Positions 9,497-17,786 of a DNA stretch of 64,000 nt are shown here, piece after piece. Numbering within the stretch: the stretch's first letter is position 1; each line of letters starts with the position of its first letter. The stretch spans positions 154 through 64,153 of the forward strand of contig JAKLFA010000006.1 of assembly GCA_022711395.1 (NCBI GenBank). Direction: 5' to 3'. Under the pieces are notes generated by a model, which was not told the DNA's origin, ran no database searches, and saw only the letters and a list, made by a program, of their open reading frames with translations. This DNA comes from Candidatus Omnitrophota bacterium. GTDB lineage: Bacteria; Omnitrophota; Gorgyraeia; Zapsychrales; JANLHA01. A program made the translations under genes and the position numbers.

Positions 9497-9973
9497 TTAT
9501 GTGCAGGACGGATAACGGCCGACGTATCTTCCGTAACCGCAGGTCGTAATGCCGGTGTCCCGGTAATAGATCAGGAGTTTGTCCCATTGCTCGCAGGTCG
9601 GGCAGTCCCGGGTGTTGCGGGAAACATAGATGTAATAATTGCTTGACGCGCCGTCTGTTTGACCGACGACCTGATAACTGAAATGAGCGTTGGGCGAACA
9701 CGCCGGATCCGACATTCCCAAGGGAGACCAGTCCGAACTGCCGCAGGTGCCTTCCCCATATTGCCCGCCAACGGAGATGCCGGCGTATGATCCATTATTC
9801 ATCAGATAATACCGCTCCATCGCGGAGCGGATGGAAGAAATCGTTGACCAGGCTTCAGCCAGGCGGGAATCTTCCACCGCTGCAAATAGCCGCGGAAGGG
9901 CCAGGCTGGCCAAGACACCCACAATGACGATCACGATGATCAATTCCAGAAGTGTGAAACCTCGTTGATTCAT
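9497..9973 (-). CDS. Type IV pilin / pseudopilin-like protein with an N-terminal prepilin cleavage-methylation motif
   Basis: N-terminus MNQRGFTLLELIIVIVIVGVLASLALP (class III signal, G|FTLLE) and a Cys/Tyr/Gly-rich C-terminal domain. Confidence 0.85.
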   Translation of the reverse strand: MNQRGFTLLELIIVIVIVGVLASLALPRLFAAVEDSRLAEAWSTISSIRSAMERYYLMNNGSYAGISVGGQYGEGTCGSSDWSPLGMSDPACSPNAHFSYQVVGQTDGASSNYYIYVSRNTRDCPTCEQWDKLLIYYRDTGITTCGYGRYVGRYPSCT

Positions 9974-10061
9974 AAGAAAGCCCTCTTTAGTTAAGTATAT
10001 TTTTTAAAAAAAGAAATGTCAACCGCACTTCTTTACTATAGCATGGCCTCAAAAACCGCCA

Positions 10062-11798
10062 TTATTTTTTTATGAAATTTTTGTCCAGCAGCGGTCCGAT
10101 GATCGTCAATTCCTTTGTTTTTTCCAGGGCTTGTGCCGCCAGCGCGGGGGAGCGCTCAAGCTCCCGCCAGATCTCAAATGCCCGTTGAAAATTAAAGCAC
10201 CGTTCCTCAAAACGCGCCCGTGAAGACAAAAGAAGATCTCTGGCCGCTGCATCGTTCTGCGCCAGCGGCAAGGCGAGCGCGTAGCTTTTCGTGAATTCAA
10301 AAGGCATCATGTGCTGTTCCAGCTTTTGGGTGAGAAGGATCCTTTGTCCTGGTTCAAGCCTGTCCCAGGACAGGAATTGTTCGCGCAGGCCATTGGCCGC
10401 GGCGCGGTATTCCCAGGCTTTCAGGCTCTCCATTTCCCAAAAGGAAATGTCATCCTTTTTTTGTAACGCCTCGACCGGGTGTCTGCTCAAAAGCGCAGCC
10501 GAAATCATGATCAGGATAAGGGCCGCCAGGGCCGCGCGCCGGTTGCTCTTCAAAAAGAAGGCCACCCGTTCCGCTGCGAAGCCGGCGTAGAGACAGAGAA
10601 AAGGAATGAGCGGCATGCGGTAACGCGAACAGATAAAGACCGAAAGGGCCATGATCGTTAAGAACACCGTCGGGATAAGAAGGATCCGTCCGCTTTTGTG
10701 TTTTTGAGCAAAGGCCATGGTGATCCCGCCGGCGGCAAGAGAGAACAGGACCGAAAAATCCAGCCGGGGGAGGCGCTTGAGCGGGCTATGTTTTTCATAA
10801 AAATAAACGCTTGAAATATTATGCGGTTCGTAATTGTTCACCAGATAAGACAGCTTTTTGAGTGTGAGGAAGGCCCATGCCAGAGGCTGTCCGCGGTAAG
10901 ACTGGAATGTTTTTCTGATCCAGTAGAAATTCAGCTTACCGGTCGCGCCGGATTCTTCATGGGCCTTGAGGATGGCGTCCCGCGCGAAACCTTCCGAGGT
11001 GGACGCGATGCCGGGGATCTCTTCCATGAGGCCGCTGGCTCCAGCGCGATTTCCGATATAAAAATGGACGCCGAACTTATGCGCGTATCCGTCGGCACTG
11101 CGCATCTGCTGAAAGCCGAGCGCCGCCAGCAGCGCAAAGCAGCAGTTTATGGTGATCAGGGAAGTTTTTTTCCACTGCTTGAAACGTGCCAGGCAAACAA
11201 TGATGGCCGGAATGATCAGGAGCCAGTAAAAGCTCCTCGACAGGCACAGCGCGAGCGAAAAGATGAGGAAGAGCGCGTAGGACGCTGTTCGTTCCCTTTT
11301 GGCATACAGGATAAAGAAAAATAAGGACATGATCATCAAAAATTGCGATAAAGCGGTCCCATCGATGACCGCGTCATAAAAAAAGTTCATGCGGTAGTAG
11401 AGGAGGGCGACCCCGGCCAGGGCTCCGGACGGCCATCCAAAAAGCAGCGAGCCTGTCACTGCCAGGGCGAAGGCGCTGATCGCTCCGAGGGCGGCGAATA
11501 TCAGATAAAGAGGGAGCGGATGGGCCCCGAATAATCGGTAGATGATGCCGATGAAATGCGCGGTGACGGGGTTGAGCGGCGACTGGATCGGCAGAGGGTC
11601 CGCTGAGGCGAGGTTTTTTGCCAGCATGTCGAACAGAAACGGGTCCGTCCCCGGCAGAGAAAGGTTCAAGGCCGGGTCAAGAGCGATATGGCGGGCATAG
11701 AGAAACCGCAGCAGGATGCCGAATGCGGCTGCCGCCGACAGGATCGCGGCCGATAATGGAATAGGGGGTGTTTTAAAAATGGTCCTGGAAAGCCTCAT
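10062..11798 (-). CDS. Large polytopic membrane protein, GT-C-fold glycosyltransferase-like (ArnT/PMT/TfpW-type), with a soluble TPR-like C-terminal region
   Basis: 578 aa with ~12 TM helices in the N-terminal two-thirds. The start ATG overlaps the stop of the upstream GT2 gene (ATGA), indicating translational coupling. Confidence 0.65.
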   Translation of the reverse strand: MRLSRTIFKTPPIPLSAAILSAAAAFGILLRFLYARHIALDPALNLSLPGTDPFLFDMLAKNLASADPLPIQSPLNPVTAHFIGIIYRLFGAHPLPLYLIFAALGAISAFALAVTGSLLFGWPSGALAGVALLYYRMNFFYDAVIDGTALSQFLMIMSLFFFILYAKRERTASYALFLIFSLALCLSRSFYWLLIIPAIIVCLARFKQWKKTSLITINCCFALLAALGFQQMRSADGYAHKFGVHFYIGNRAGASGLMEEIPGIASTSEGFARDAILKAHEESGATGKLNFYWIRKTFQSYRGQPLAWAFLTLKKLSYLVNNYEPHNISSVYFYEKHSPLKRLPRLDFSVLFSLAAGGITMAFAQKHKSGRILLIPTVFLTIMALSVFICSRYRMPLIPFLCLYAGFAAERVAFFLKSNRRAALAALILIMISAALLSRHPVEALQKKDDISFWEMESLKAWEYRAAANGLREQFLSWDRLEPGQRILLTQKLEQHMMPFEFTKSYALALPLAQNDAAARDLLLSSRARFEERCFNFQRAFEIWRELERSPALAAQALEKTKELTIIGPLLDKNFIKK

Positions 11799-12508
11799 GC
11801 AATGATCCGTTCGACGGTATAGGTTAGTTTTCTTTTTTTAAGGGCTTTCACAAAGAGGGTGTCCCAAAAAGAAGAGATCCCGGATAGAGAGAACGTTCTG
11901 TATTTTGAACGGCCGTGCTTTCTGTGTTCATGAGGGACGGGGACCTCTTTGATCCGGTAGCCGGCGATCTCGATCAGGTCCGGTAGAAAAAAGATCATAT
12001 GGTTGAATTTCACCAGGTCAGCGGCCACTGCGCTTTTGAACGCCTTCAGTGAACAGGCGTTGTCATGGAAAGGGTCGCGCAGGATCATCCGGCGGAGGCT
12101 GTTTCCGATCCGGCTGCCAGCGCGTTTCAAAAAGGAGTCTTTGCGGTCTTTCCGCCATCCGACGACCGCGTCAAATCCGTCCATGTTCTCCAAAAGCGTG
12201 GGGATGGCTTCCGGAGGGTTCTGAAGGTCGGCATCCATCATGACGATGGTCGATCCGTGCGCGGTTTTAAACCCCGCTGTCAGAGCCGCGGACTGTCCGG
12301 AATTTTTTTGCAGGCGCACGATGACGAGGTGCTCATAATTTTTTTTTAATTCCAGCAGAAGCTCGAACGAGCCGTCCCAAGAGCCGTCATCCACGCAGAT
12401 GATCTCATAAGGGGAGTAAGGTTCGCAGGCGGCTGTTGTGCGGCAGAGCAGTTCTTTCAGGGAAGCGGCTTCGTTAAAGACGGGGATGACAATAGATAAA
12501 TTTTTCAT
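11795..12508 (-). CDS. GT2-family polyprenol-phosphate glycosyltransferase (ArnC/GtrB/DPM1-like)
   Basis: MKNLSIVIPVFNEA...VDDGSWDGS...QKNSGQSAALTAGF...DADLQNPPE, the classic GT2 DXD architecture. The internal ATG at 12508 is preferred over 12544. Confidence 0.85.
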   Translation of the reverse strand: MKNLSIVIPVFNEAASLKELLCRTTAACEPYSPYEIICVDDGSWDGSFELLLELKKNYEHLVIVRLQKNSGQSAALTAGFKTAHGSTIVMMDADLQNPPEAIPTLLENMDGFDAVVGWRKDRKDSFLKRAGSRIGNSLRRMILRDPFHDNACSLKAFKSAVAADLVKFNHMIFFLPDLIEIAGYRIKEVPVPHEHRKHGRSKYRTFSLSGISSFWDTLFVKALKKRKLTYTVERIIA

Positions 12509-12841
12509 TTGGCAAAAGAGGTGTCGTTTGAAATTTTTGAACAAGCAGTATTGTACTGTATCCTCCGGGAGGCGACAAGATAAAAGTGCGCCGGCCCGCG
12601 AAGTGTTTGAAAGGAAAGCCCTTTATTATCAATGGTTTAAAATTTAAAGGCAAAACAGCTGCTGCGGGACAACTTCTCTTAAATCGGCAGGCGGCGTTCT
12701 GAAATATTGTCTTGAAGCTTTACATTATAATGAAAATAGGTATTATATAATTACTGTGAACAGGCCCGATCCATCCCATATTCAGGATCCAGGGCCGTTC
12801 TTTTTGAAGAATTTTATAAGGATTTCCGGAAATTCAACAGT

Positions 12842-12918
12842 GGCCCAGTAGCTCAGGTGGATAGAGCAACAGCCTTCTAAGCTGTGGGTCGGACGTTCGA
12901 GTCGTCCCTGGGTCACCA
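12842..12918 (+). tRNA. tRNA-Arg (anticodon TCT), CCA encoded
   Basis: Acceptor GGCCCAG/CTGGGTC, D-arm GCTC-AGGTGGATA-GAGC, anticodon stem ACAGC/GCTGT with loop CTTCTAA (anticodon TCT), T-arm GGACG-TTCGAGT-CGTCC. Confidence 0.9.
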
Positions 12919-12977
12919 AATTTTAGAAAAGGCCGGTGGAACAAGGGTTGTGTTCTTTTCTGCGCCGTGGTTCATTT

Positions 12978-14009
12978 ATGCTCAGATACCTCCGATATGT
13001 CCTGATGTGGCTTGGAATCGTTTTCATTCTTTTCGTCGTGATCTGCTACTATTATGTTCAGGCCGGCGGGAAGCTTTTTATTGAAAAACGGTTCTCCATT
13101 TTTTTTCAGCAGCCGGCGACCATCGGTGAGATCCGTTTTCTTCTTCCGCTGGGATTAAGGTTCAAGAATCTTCAGATCCAGAACTTTATCAAGGCCGAAG
13201 ACGTGCAACTGCAGGTGGGGATGCCGTTCGTTTTTGATAAACGCCTGGTGATCCAGAAGCTTGTGCTCAAGCATCCGGTCTTTACCGGGGTTTATGATGA
13301 ACATAAAAAATTCCAGTTTGGGGGGGCGTATCTGGCCCAGAGAGAAAAATCCCTTCGGGAAGGATCGAGCTCGGAGGCTCCGTTCTTTGAAGGGATGCGC
13401 ATTGAGTATTTTGAAGTAAAAGACGGAGAGGTCGAGATCCTTAATTTTTCGAAGAACCCGTCTGAGCGGTATTTTTTTGACCAGATCCAGCTCAAGGCGC
13501 TGGATGTTTCCTACCCTTTGCTGGACCAGCGGGTCAAGTTTGACGTGAAGGCTTTTATACAAAAAGGGTTCGGACTGTTCGATCGGGGGGTCTTTACTTC
13601 TGAGGGGTGGGTCAACTGGCCTAAGAGGAGCTTAAGCAGCAAAGTTGATTTTGTGGATGACAGGCAGTTTTCGCGTATCCAGATCGACGCGAAATCGGAG
13701 AACAATGACCTAAAAGTCGCCGGATCCGCGCAGTGGGATGCCTCCCGGCTGGACCAGGTTGAAAAAGCGGATATCCAGAAGGCCGGGGGCGATTTCGCGG
13801 GGGGGCTGGCGGTGGGGGTCTTGAGCTTGGCGAAGGGCGAGCAGACCTTTCAGTTTGATTTTTCGACCAAGCTGGATGATCCGCAGTTGAGCACGATCAA
13901 TCTTTCCGGCGCGATAAACCTTAATGTCCCGCCTTTTGAAAAAAGTGAAGAGCCGGTGGCATTAAAACCGTTTGAAATTTTCAGCGGGGCCGCCGTGAAA
14001 GGCAAATAA
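12978..14009 (+). CDS. Hypothetical protein with an N-terminal TM anchor (possibly AsmA/DUF-type periplasmic protein)
   Basis: ORF with hydrophobic N-terminus MLRYLRYVLMWLGIVFILFVVICYYYV. The start is uncertain; a GTG at 12936 is also possible. Confidence 0.5.
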   Translation: MLRYLRYVLMWLGIVFILFVVICYYYVQAGGKLFIEKRFSIFFQQPATIGEIRFLLPLGLRFKNLQIQNFIKAEDVQLQVGMPFVFDKRLVIQKLVLKHPVFTGVYDEHKKFQFGGAYLAQREKSLREGSSSEAPFFEGMRIEYFEVKDGEVEILNFSKNPSERYFFDQIQLKALDVSYPLLDQRVKFDVKAFIQKGFGLFDRGVFTSEGWVNWPKRSLSSKVDFVDDRQFSRIQIDAKSENNDLKVAGSAQWDASRLDQVEKADIQKAGGDFAGGLAVGVLSLAKGEQTFQFDFSTKLDDPQLSTINLSGAINLNVPPFEKSEEPVALKPFEIFSGAAVKGK

Positions 14010-14077
14010 ACAGGTCAAAAACAAAAACTTGCTGTTTGAAGGAATTTTGTTAAAATAGGGGCTCAATTTGAATTTAT

Positions 14078-14153
14078 GGTGGCTGTAGCGCAGTGGTAGC
14101 GCACAAGATTGTGGCTCTTGGTGTCGCGGGTTCAAATCCCGTCAGCCACCCCA
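14078..14153 (+). tRNA. tRNA-His (anticodon GTG) with G-1, CCA encoded
   Basis: Extra 5' G pairs with discriminator C; acceptor GTGGCTG/CAGCCAC; anticodon stem CAAGA/TCTTG with loop TTGTGGC (anticodon GTG); T-arm GCGGG-TTCAAAT-CCCGT. Confidence 0.9.
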
Positions 14154-14192
14154 AATATAAAGCGCCCTCAAACGAGGGCGCTTTTATATTTG
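14154..14192 (+). terminator. Rho-independent terminator after tRNA-His
   Basis: aaagcgccctc-aaac-gagggcgctttt followed by atattt. Confidence 0.6.
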
Positions 14193-14289
14193 GTACGGTT
14201 TGACCAATTGAAGTGGCAGGAGAAGGCGGCGGGTGACCGAATTCGGCTTATAGAAGCCGGGTGAGGAAATGGTTGACGCTCCGCGGCAA

Positions 14290-14312
14290 CCATTCAAATC
14301 CCGTCAGCCACC
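14290..14312 (+). repeat. 23-bp direct duplication of the tRNA-His 3' end (att-like scar)
   Basis: ttcaaatcccgtcagccacccca occurs again about 140 bp downstream of the identical tRNA-His 3' segment. Confidence 0.7.
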
Positions 14313-14606
14313 CCAGCTTCCACAAAATAAAATCCCCGCCCGGATTCAGGCGGGGATTTTGTGTTTAGGGAAGCTGGGGTGTTGTGCGGATTTCCTTAGA
14401 TTCATTCAGAAAGATCTGCCCACCCCAGATAAAAAATGTCAGCTTTATGTGGGCTTTTTTTATTTGGGTCAAGTCGACTGAAGTCGAGTGGATTTACGGG
14501 CGACCGAGTCCGGCTTCCATAAAATAAGATTTCTCACCTGGAAATGAAAACTTCCACCGGATCGGGGACGGTTTAGTAGGAATGCGATAAAAAAGGAACT
14601 CTAAGA

Positions 14607-14789
14607 ATGGAAGAAGCAATAGAGATAATTGCCGCAGTGCGTAACGAAATGATTCGGAACTTTGAGCAGCCATTGGGTTTTATCATCAGAGAAGAAAGTA
14701 AAAAAGGTCCGTTTGGCAGTTATTATATAACGCTTACTAACACCGTTTCTCTTGTTGCATCAAAAATCAGAAGAGTCCCAAGTTCGTGA
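14607..14789 (+). CDS. Small hypothetical protein (60 aa) in the AT-rich post-tRNA region
   Basis: ORF with a weak RBS (aaggaa) and no recognisable family; it lies between copies of a repeated motif. Confidence 0.3.
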   Translation: MEEAIEIIAAVRNEMIRNFEQPLGFIIREESKKGPFGSYYITLTNTVSLVASKIRRVPSS

Positions 14790-14933
14790 ATAAGGCGACT
14801 TTAGTCAAGGAAGAAGCCTCACAGCGGACGCCGGCTTTCACAAAATAAAATTTGCTAAAAAAATTTTCTTGACAAATTTAATTTATGTTTTATACTTGAG
14901 TAAACCAATAGGAATTATAGAGGTTGAGGGCGC

Positions 14934-15374
14934 ATGAAAATTACGCATAAAGGCGATTATGCATTGAAGGCTGTTTTAGATCTGGCCCTTCATTATGAGC
15001 AGGAATTGGTGGCAAGCAGTGAAATGGCTAAGCGTATAGATGCCCCGGTCAAATTTTTGGAACAGATCCTTTTGGATTTAAAAAAAGGCGGGATTATCCG
15101 GAGCCGGCGCGGTGTTGAAGGCGGGTATTTGTTATCAAAAGCGCCCGCGCAGATAGCCGTAGGCGACGTGATCCGGCTGATCGAAGGGCCGATCGAACCG
15201 ATCGCATGTGTGAACGAAGGGTATGCCAACTGCGAGGATCTGAGGAAGTGTGTTTTTAGAGATATTTTTCAGAGGGTGTTTGAGGCCACCGCGGACATTA
15301 TTGATAACATCACCTTTGAAGATCTGGTTTTAAAAATAAATTCGCGTCAGCAGGTGCTGACATATTCTATTTAA
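14934..15374 (+). CDS. Rrf2-family transcriptional regulator (IscR/CymR-like); by context likely a cysteine-metabolism repressor
   Basis: N-terminal wHTH MKITHKGDYALKAVLDLALH...SSEMAKRIDAPVKFLEQILLDLKKGGIIRSRRGVEGGYLL is typical of Rrf2. It sits upstream of yezD-cysK-cbs-cgl. Confidence 0.85.
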   Translation: MKITHKGDYALKAVLDLALHYEQELVASSEMAKRIDAPVKFLEQILLDLKKGGIIRSRRGVEGGYLLSKAPAQIAVGDVIRLIEGPIEPIACVNEGYANCEDLRKCVFRDIFQRVFEATADIIDNITFEDLVLKINSRQQVLTYSI

Positions 15375-15387
15375 GGAAGAACAAAAA

Positions 15388-15474
15388 ATGAACAGGCTTT
15401 TTAGTAGTATTCCTATGATGATGTGTTGTTTGGCGGTGTGCCGCCTTCGAGGTGGTGGAGGTCCGCCTGTGTAA
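15388..15474 (+). CDS. Candidate 28-aa Met/Cys-rich leader peptide (MNRLFSSIPMMMCCLAVCRLRGGGGPPV)
   Basis: RBS aaggaaga 8 nt upstream of the ATG. Three consecutive Met codons, then two Cys codons and a later Cys. The Met/Cys codons (15418-15427) pair perfectly over 10 bp with 15473-15482, and a terminator follows. Confidence 0.35.
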   Translation: MNRLFSSIPMMMCCLAVCRLRGGGGPPV

Positions 15475-15506
15475 CACATCATTCAATCAGTAGGCGCGAC
15501 GGGACA

Positions 15507-15552
15507 ACCCACTGCCAAGAAAGAGACACCAAAGGCAGTGGGTTTTTTATTT
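15507..15552 (+). terminator. Rho-independent terminator / attenuator hairpin
   Basis: acccactgcc ... ggcagtgggt followed by TTTTTTATTT. Confidence 0.65.
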
Positions 15553-15571
15553 ATAAATTCAGGAGGAGAAC

Positions 15572-15763
15572 ATGGGCTTAAATCAGAATTCAAAGAACAT
15601 TGTGAATGACGCAATCATCAAGGACATCAGCGATTCGATCCACGGGGTCAGTTTTGGGACAGTCACGATCATCATTCACAATTCAAAGATCGTCCAGATC
15701 GAGGTCTCTCAAAAGAGCCGCTTTGATGACGTCTGGATCGTTCAGGAAGGAGGTGGGATCTAA
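15572..15763 (+). CDS. YezD-family (DUF2292) small protein, commonly associated with sulfur metabolism
   Basis: Strong RBS caggaggag. The core GVSFGTVTIIIHNSKIVQIEVSQKSRF matches the YezD signature (G-S-V-I-H-D-K-V-Q-I-E). Confidence 0.65.
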   Translation: MGLNQNSKNIVNDAIIKDISDSIHGVSFGTVTIIIHNSKIVQIEVSQKSRFDDVWIVQEGGGI

Positions 15764-15890
15764 AGAATTTGATTGGTTTCGCCGCTGACCGGTTTTCCGG
15801 CAGCGTTTTTAAGACGAGAAAACAGGAAATTTGCAAGGCATCACCAGACCACTGGATCAGTCCTGCGCTTAAACTTGAAAGGGTGGGAAC

Positions 15891-16745
15891 ATGAAGAACA
15901 CGAGTACAATTCAATCGGTTATTGCGGGGATTTTTCTTCTGGTCACAGAGGGCGCGGTGCACGCCGGTCTGCCGTTAAACAACGTTGAAGGGGTTGGAGG
16001 GGTCGCCTTCAATCCTCTGGCCTACACCGCCGGAACGCCGTTTGAGAAAACAGAGAAGTCGGAGGGGACGAGTTCCATTAAGGATGTGGTGAACAAGCCT
16101 CAGTTTGGCATCTGGCGGATCCGCCTCAATGATGTGAATGCGGATTGGACGACCCAGAGCGTGGCAACGACCTTTTTCGACCGCGTTGAGCTTTCGTATG
16201 GAAATGAAACGATCGCGCAGAGCGGGGCCGATAATATCCATAAGAACAATATCGGCGTGAAGGGCCTATTAGTGAAGGAGAACCAGGGGGACACTCAGTG
16301 GGTTCCCGCCGTAGCGGTGGGCGCGATCTACAAGGATACAAATTACGCGGTCTCGGGCGATGTGGATGATCAAGGCTATGATTATTACGTCGTGGCCACG
16401 AAGCTCATCCCGCAGCTTCCCCTGCCCGTTCTTTTGTCCGGGGGTGTCCGTTCGACCGACGCCCGCTCGACAGGCGTTTACGGGTTTGGTACCAAGCGCG
16501 ACCTCATCGGGTTCGGCAACGTGGATGTTGTCCTTCCCGGCAATGTTGCGATCGGGTTTGAGTATCAGCAGGGGGCCCAGGTGACCGGATGGGAGAATGA
16601 TGATTATTACGATATTCATGCGGCATGGCTCGCGAATAAGAATCTGACCCTGGTTGCCGCGTATGTTGATACCGGGGCAGCTACAGGAAACAGCAAGGTC
16701 GGGCTCGGAGACGGGTTTGTCTTGAGCGCACATTACGCCTTTTAA
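15891..16745 (+). CDS. Putative outer-membrane beta-barrel protein (small porin/transport-like)
   Basis: Signal peptide (IAGIFLLVTEGAVHA), alternating amphipathic beta-strand pattern, C-terminal ...SAHYAF with a terminal Phe. Confidence 0.55.
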   Translation: MKNTSTIQSVIAGIFLLVTEGAVHAGLPLNNVEGVGGVAFNPLAYTAGTPFEKTEKSEGTSSIKDVVNKPQFGIWRIRLNDVNADWTTQSVATTFFDRVELSYGNETIAQSGADNIHKNNIGVKGLLVKENQGDTQWVPAVAVGAIYKDTNYAVSGDVDDQGYDYYVVATKLIPQLPLPVLLSGGVRSTDARSTGVYGFGTKRDLIGFGNVDVVLPGNVAIGFEYQQGAQVTGWENDDYYDIHAAWLANKNLTLVAAYVDTGAATGNSKVGLGDGFVLSAHYAF

Positions 16746-16830
16746 TGAATCGTCTAGGGGGGAAGGGCGCGCCCTTCCCCTTAAAGTAATACTAAGAGAG
16801 GAGTAGAAAATTAAAGGAGGATGGGAAAAT

Positions 16831-17766
16831 ATGAGCCGTATTTATGAGGACATCACAGAAACTGTGGGGCGGACCCCGTTAGTCCGGCTGAACCGGATCA
16901 CGGAAGGGGCGATTGCGGAGGTCTATGCAAAGGTAGAATCGTTTAACCCCCTTTCCAGCGTCAAGGATCGTATCGGTTTGGCGATGATCGAAGACGCTGA
17001 ACAGCGGGGCGTCTTGAAGAAGGATTCCGTGATCGTTGAGCCCACGAGCGGGAACACCGGCGTCGCGCTGGCGTTTGTCGCGGCGGCCAAAGGGTATAAG
17101 TTGATCATAACGATGCCGGAGACCATGTCGATCGAGCGCCGCCAGCTTTTGGCGATTTTTGGCGCCCAGCTTGTGCTGACGCCCGGGTCTGAAGGCATGA
17201 AGGGCGCGATCAAGAAAGCAGAAGAGTTGGCGGCGTCGACACCGGACGCGGTCTTTTTGCAGCAGTTTGCCAATCCGGCCAATCCTGAAATTCACCGTAA
17301 AACAACGGCCGAGGAGATATGGAACGATACCGACGGCAAGGTCGATATTATTATTTCAGGCGTTGGCACGGGCGGGACGATCACGGGCGTTTCTGAGGTG
17401 ATCAAGAAGCGCAAAAGTTCGTTTAAGGCGATCGCGGTCGAGCCGTTTGATTCGCCGGTCCTTTCCGGCGGTAATCCCGGCCCTCATAAGATCCAGGGTA
17501 TCGGCGCGGGGTTTGTTCCCCAGGTTTTGAATACCAAGGTGATCGATGAGATTGTCCAGGTCAAGTCGGAAGACGCGGGAGAAACGGCGCGGAAGCTGGC
17601 GCGTCAGGAAGGTATTCTGGCCGGCATCTCCAGCGGCGCCGCTGTTTGGGCCGCACTGGAAGTCGCCAGGAGGCCGGAAAACAAAGGAAAGACAATCGTC
17701 GTGGTCCTGCCGGATACCGGGGAACGCTACCTGACGACCTGGCTTTTTCAGGACATCAAAGTATAA
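16831..17766 (+). CDS. cysK: Cysteine synthase A (O-acetylserine sulfhydrylase)
   Basis: GRTPLVRL, the PLP-lysine motif SVKDRIG, and the TSGNTG and GxGTGGT loops. Confidence 0.9.
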   Translation: MSRIYEDITETVGRTPLVRLNRITEGAIAEVYAKVESFNPLSSVKDRIGLAMIEDAEQRGVLKKDSVIVEPTSGNTGVALAFVAAAKGYKLIITMPETMSIERRQLLAIFGAQLVLTPGSEGMKGAIKKAEELAASTPDAVFLQQFANPANPEIHRKTTAEEIWNDTDGKVDIIISGVGTGGTITGVSEVIKKRKSSFKAIAVEPFDSPVLSGGNPGPHKIQGIGAGFVPQVLNTKVIDEIVQVKSEDAGETARKLARQEGILAGISSGAAVWAALEVARRPENKGKTIVVVLPDTGERYLTTWLFQDIKV

Positions 17767-17786
17767 AAAGTTGAGGAGGCAATACG

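Noticed and set aside
14078-15900. Calling the tRNA-His-adjacent stretch an intact genomic island or prophage
   Set aside because: No integrase, transposase or phage genes are present, and the att-like repeat lies only 140 bp from the tRNA. It is reported only as a scar or hotspot.
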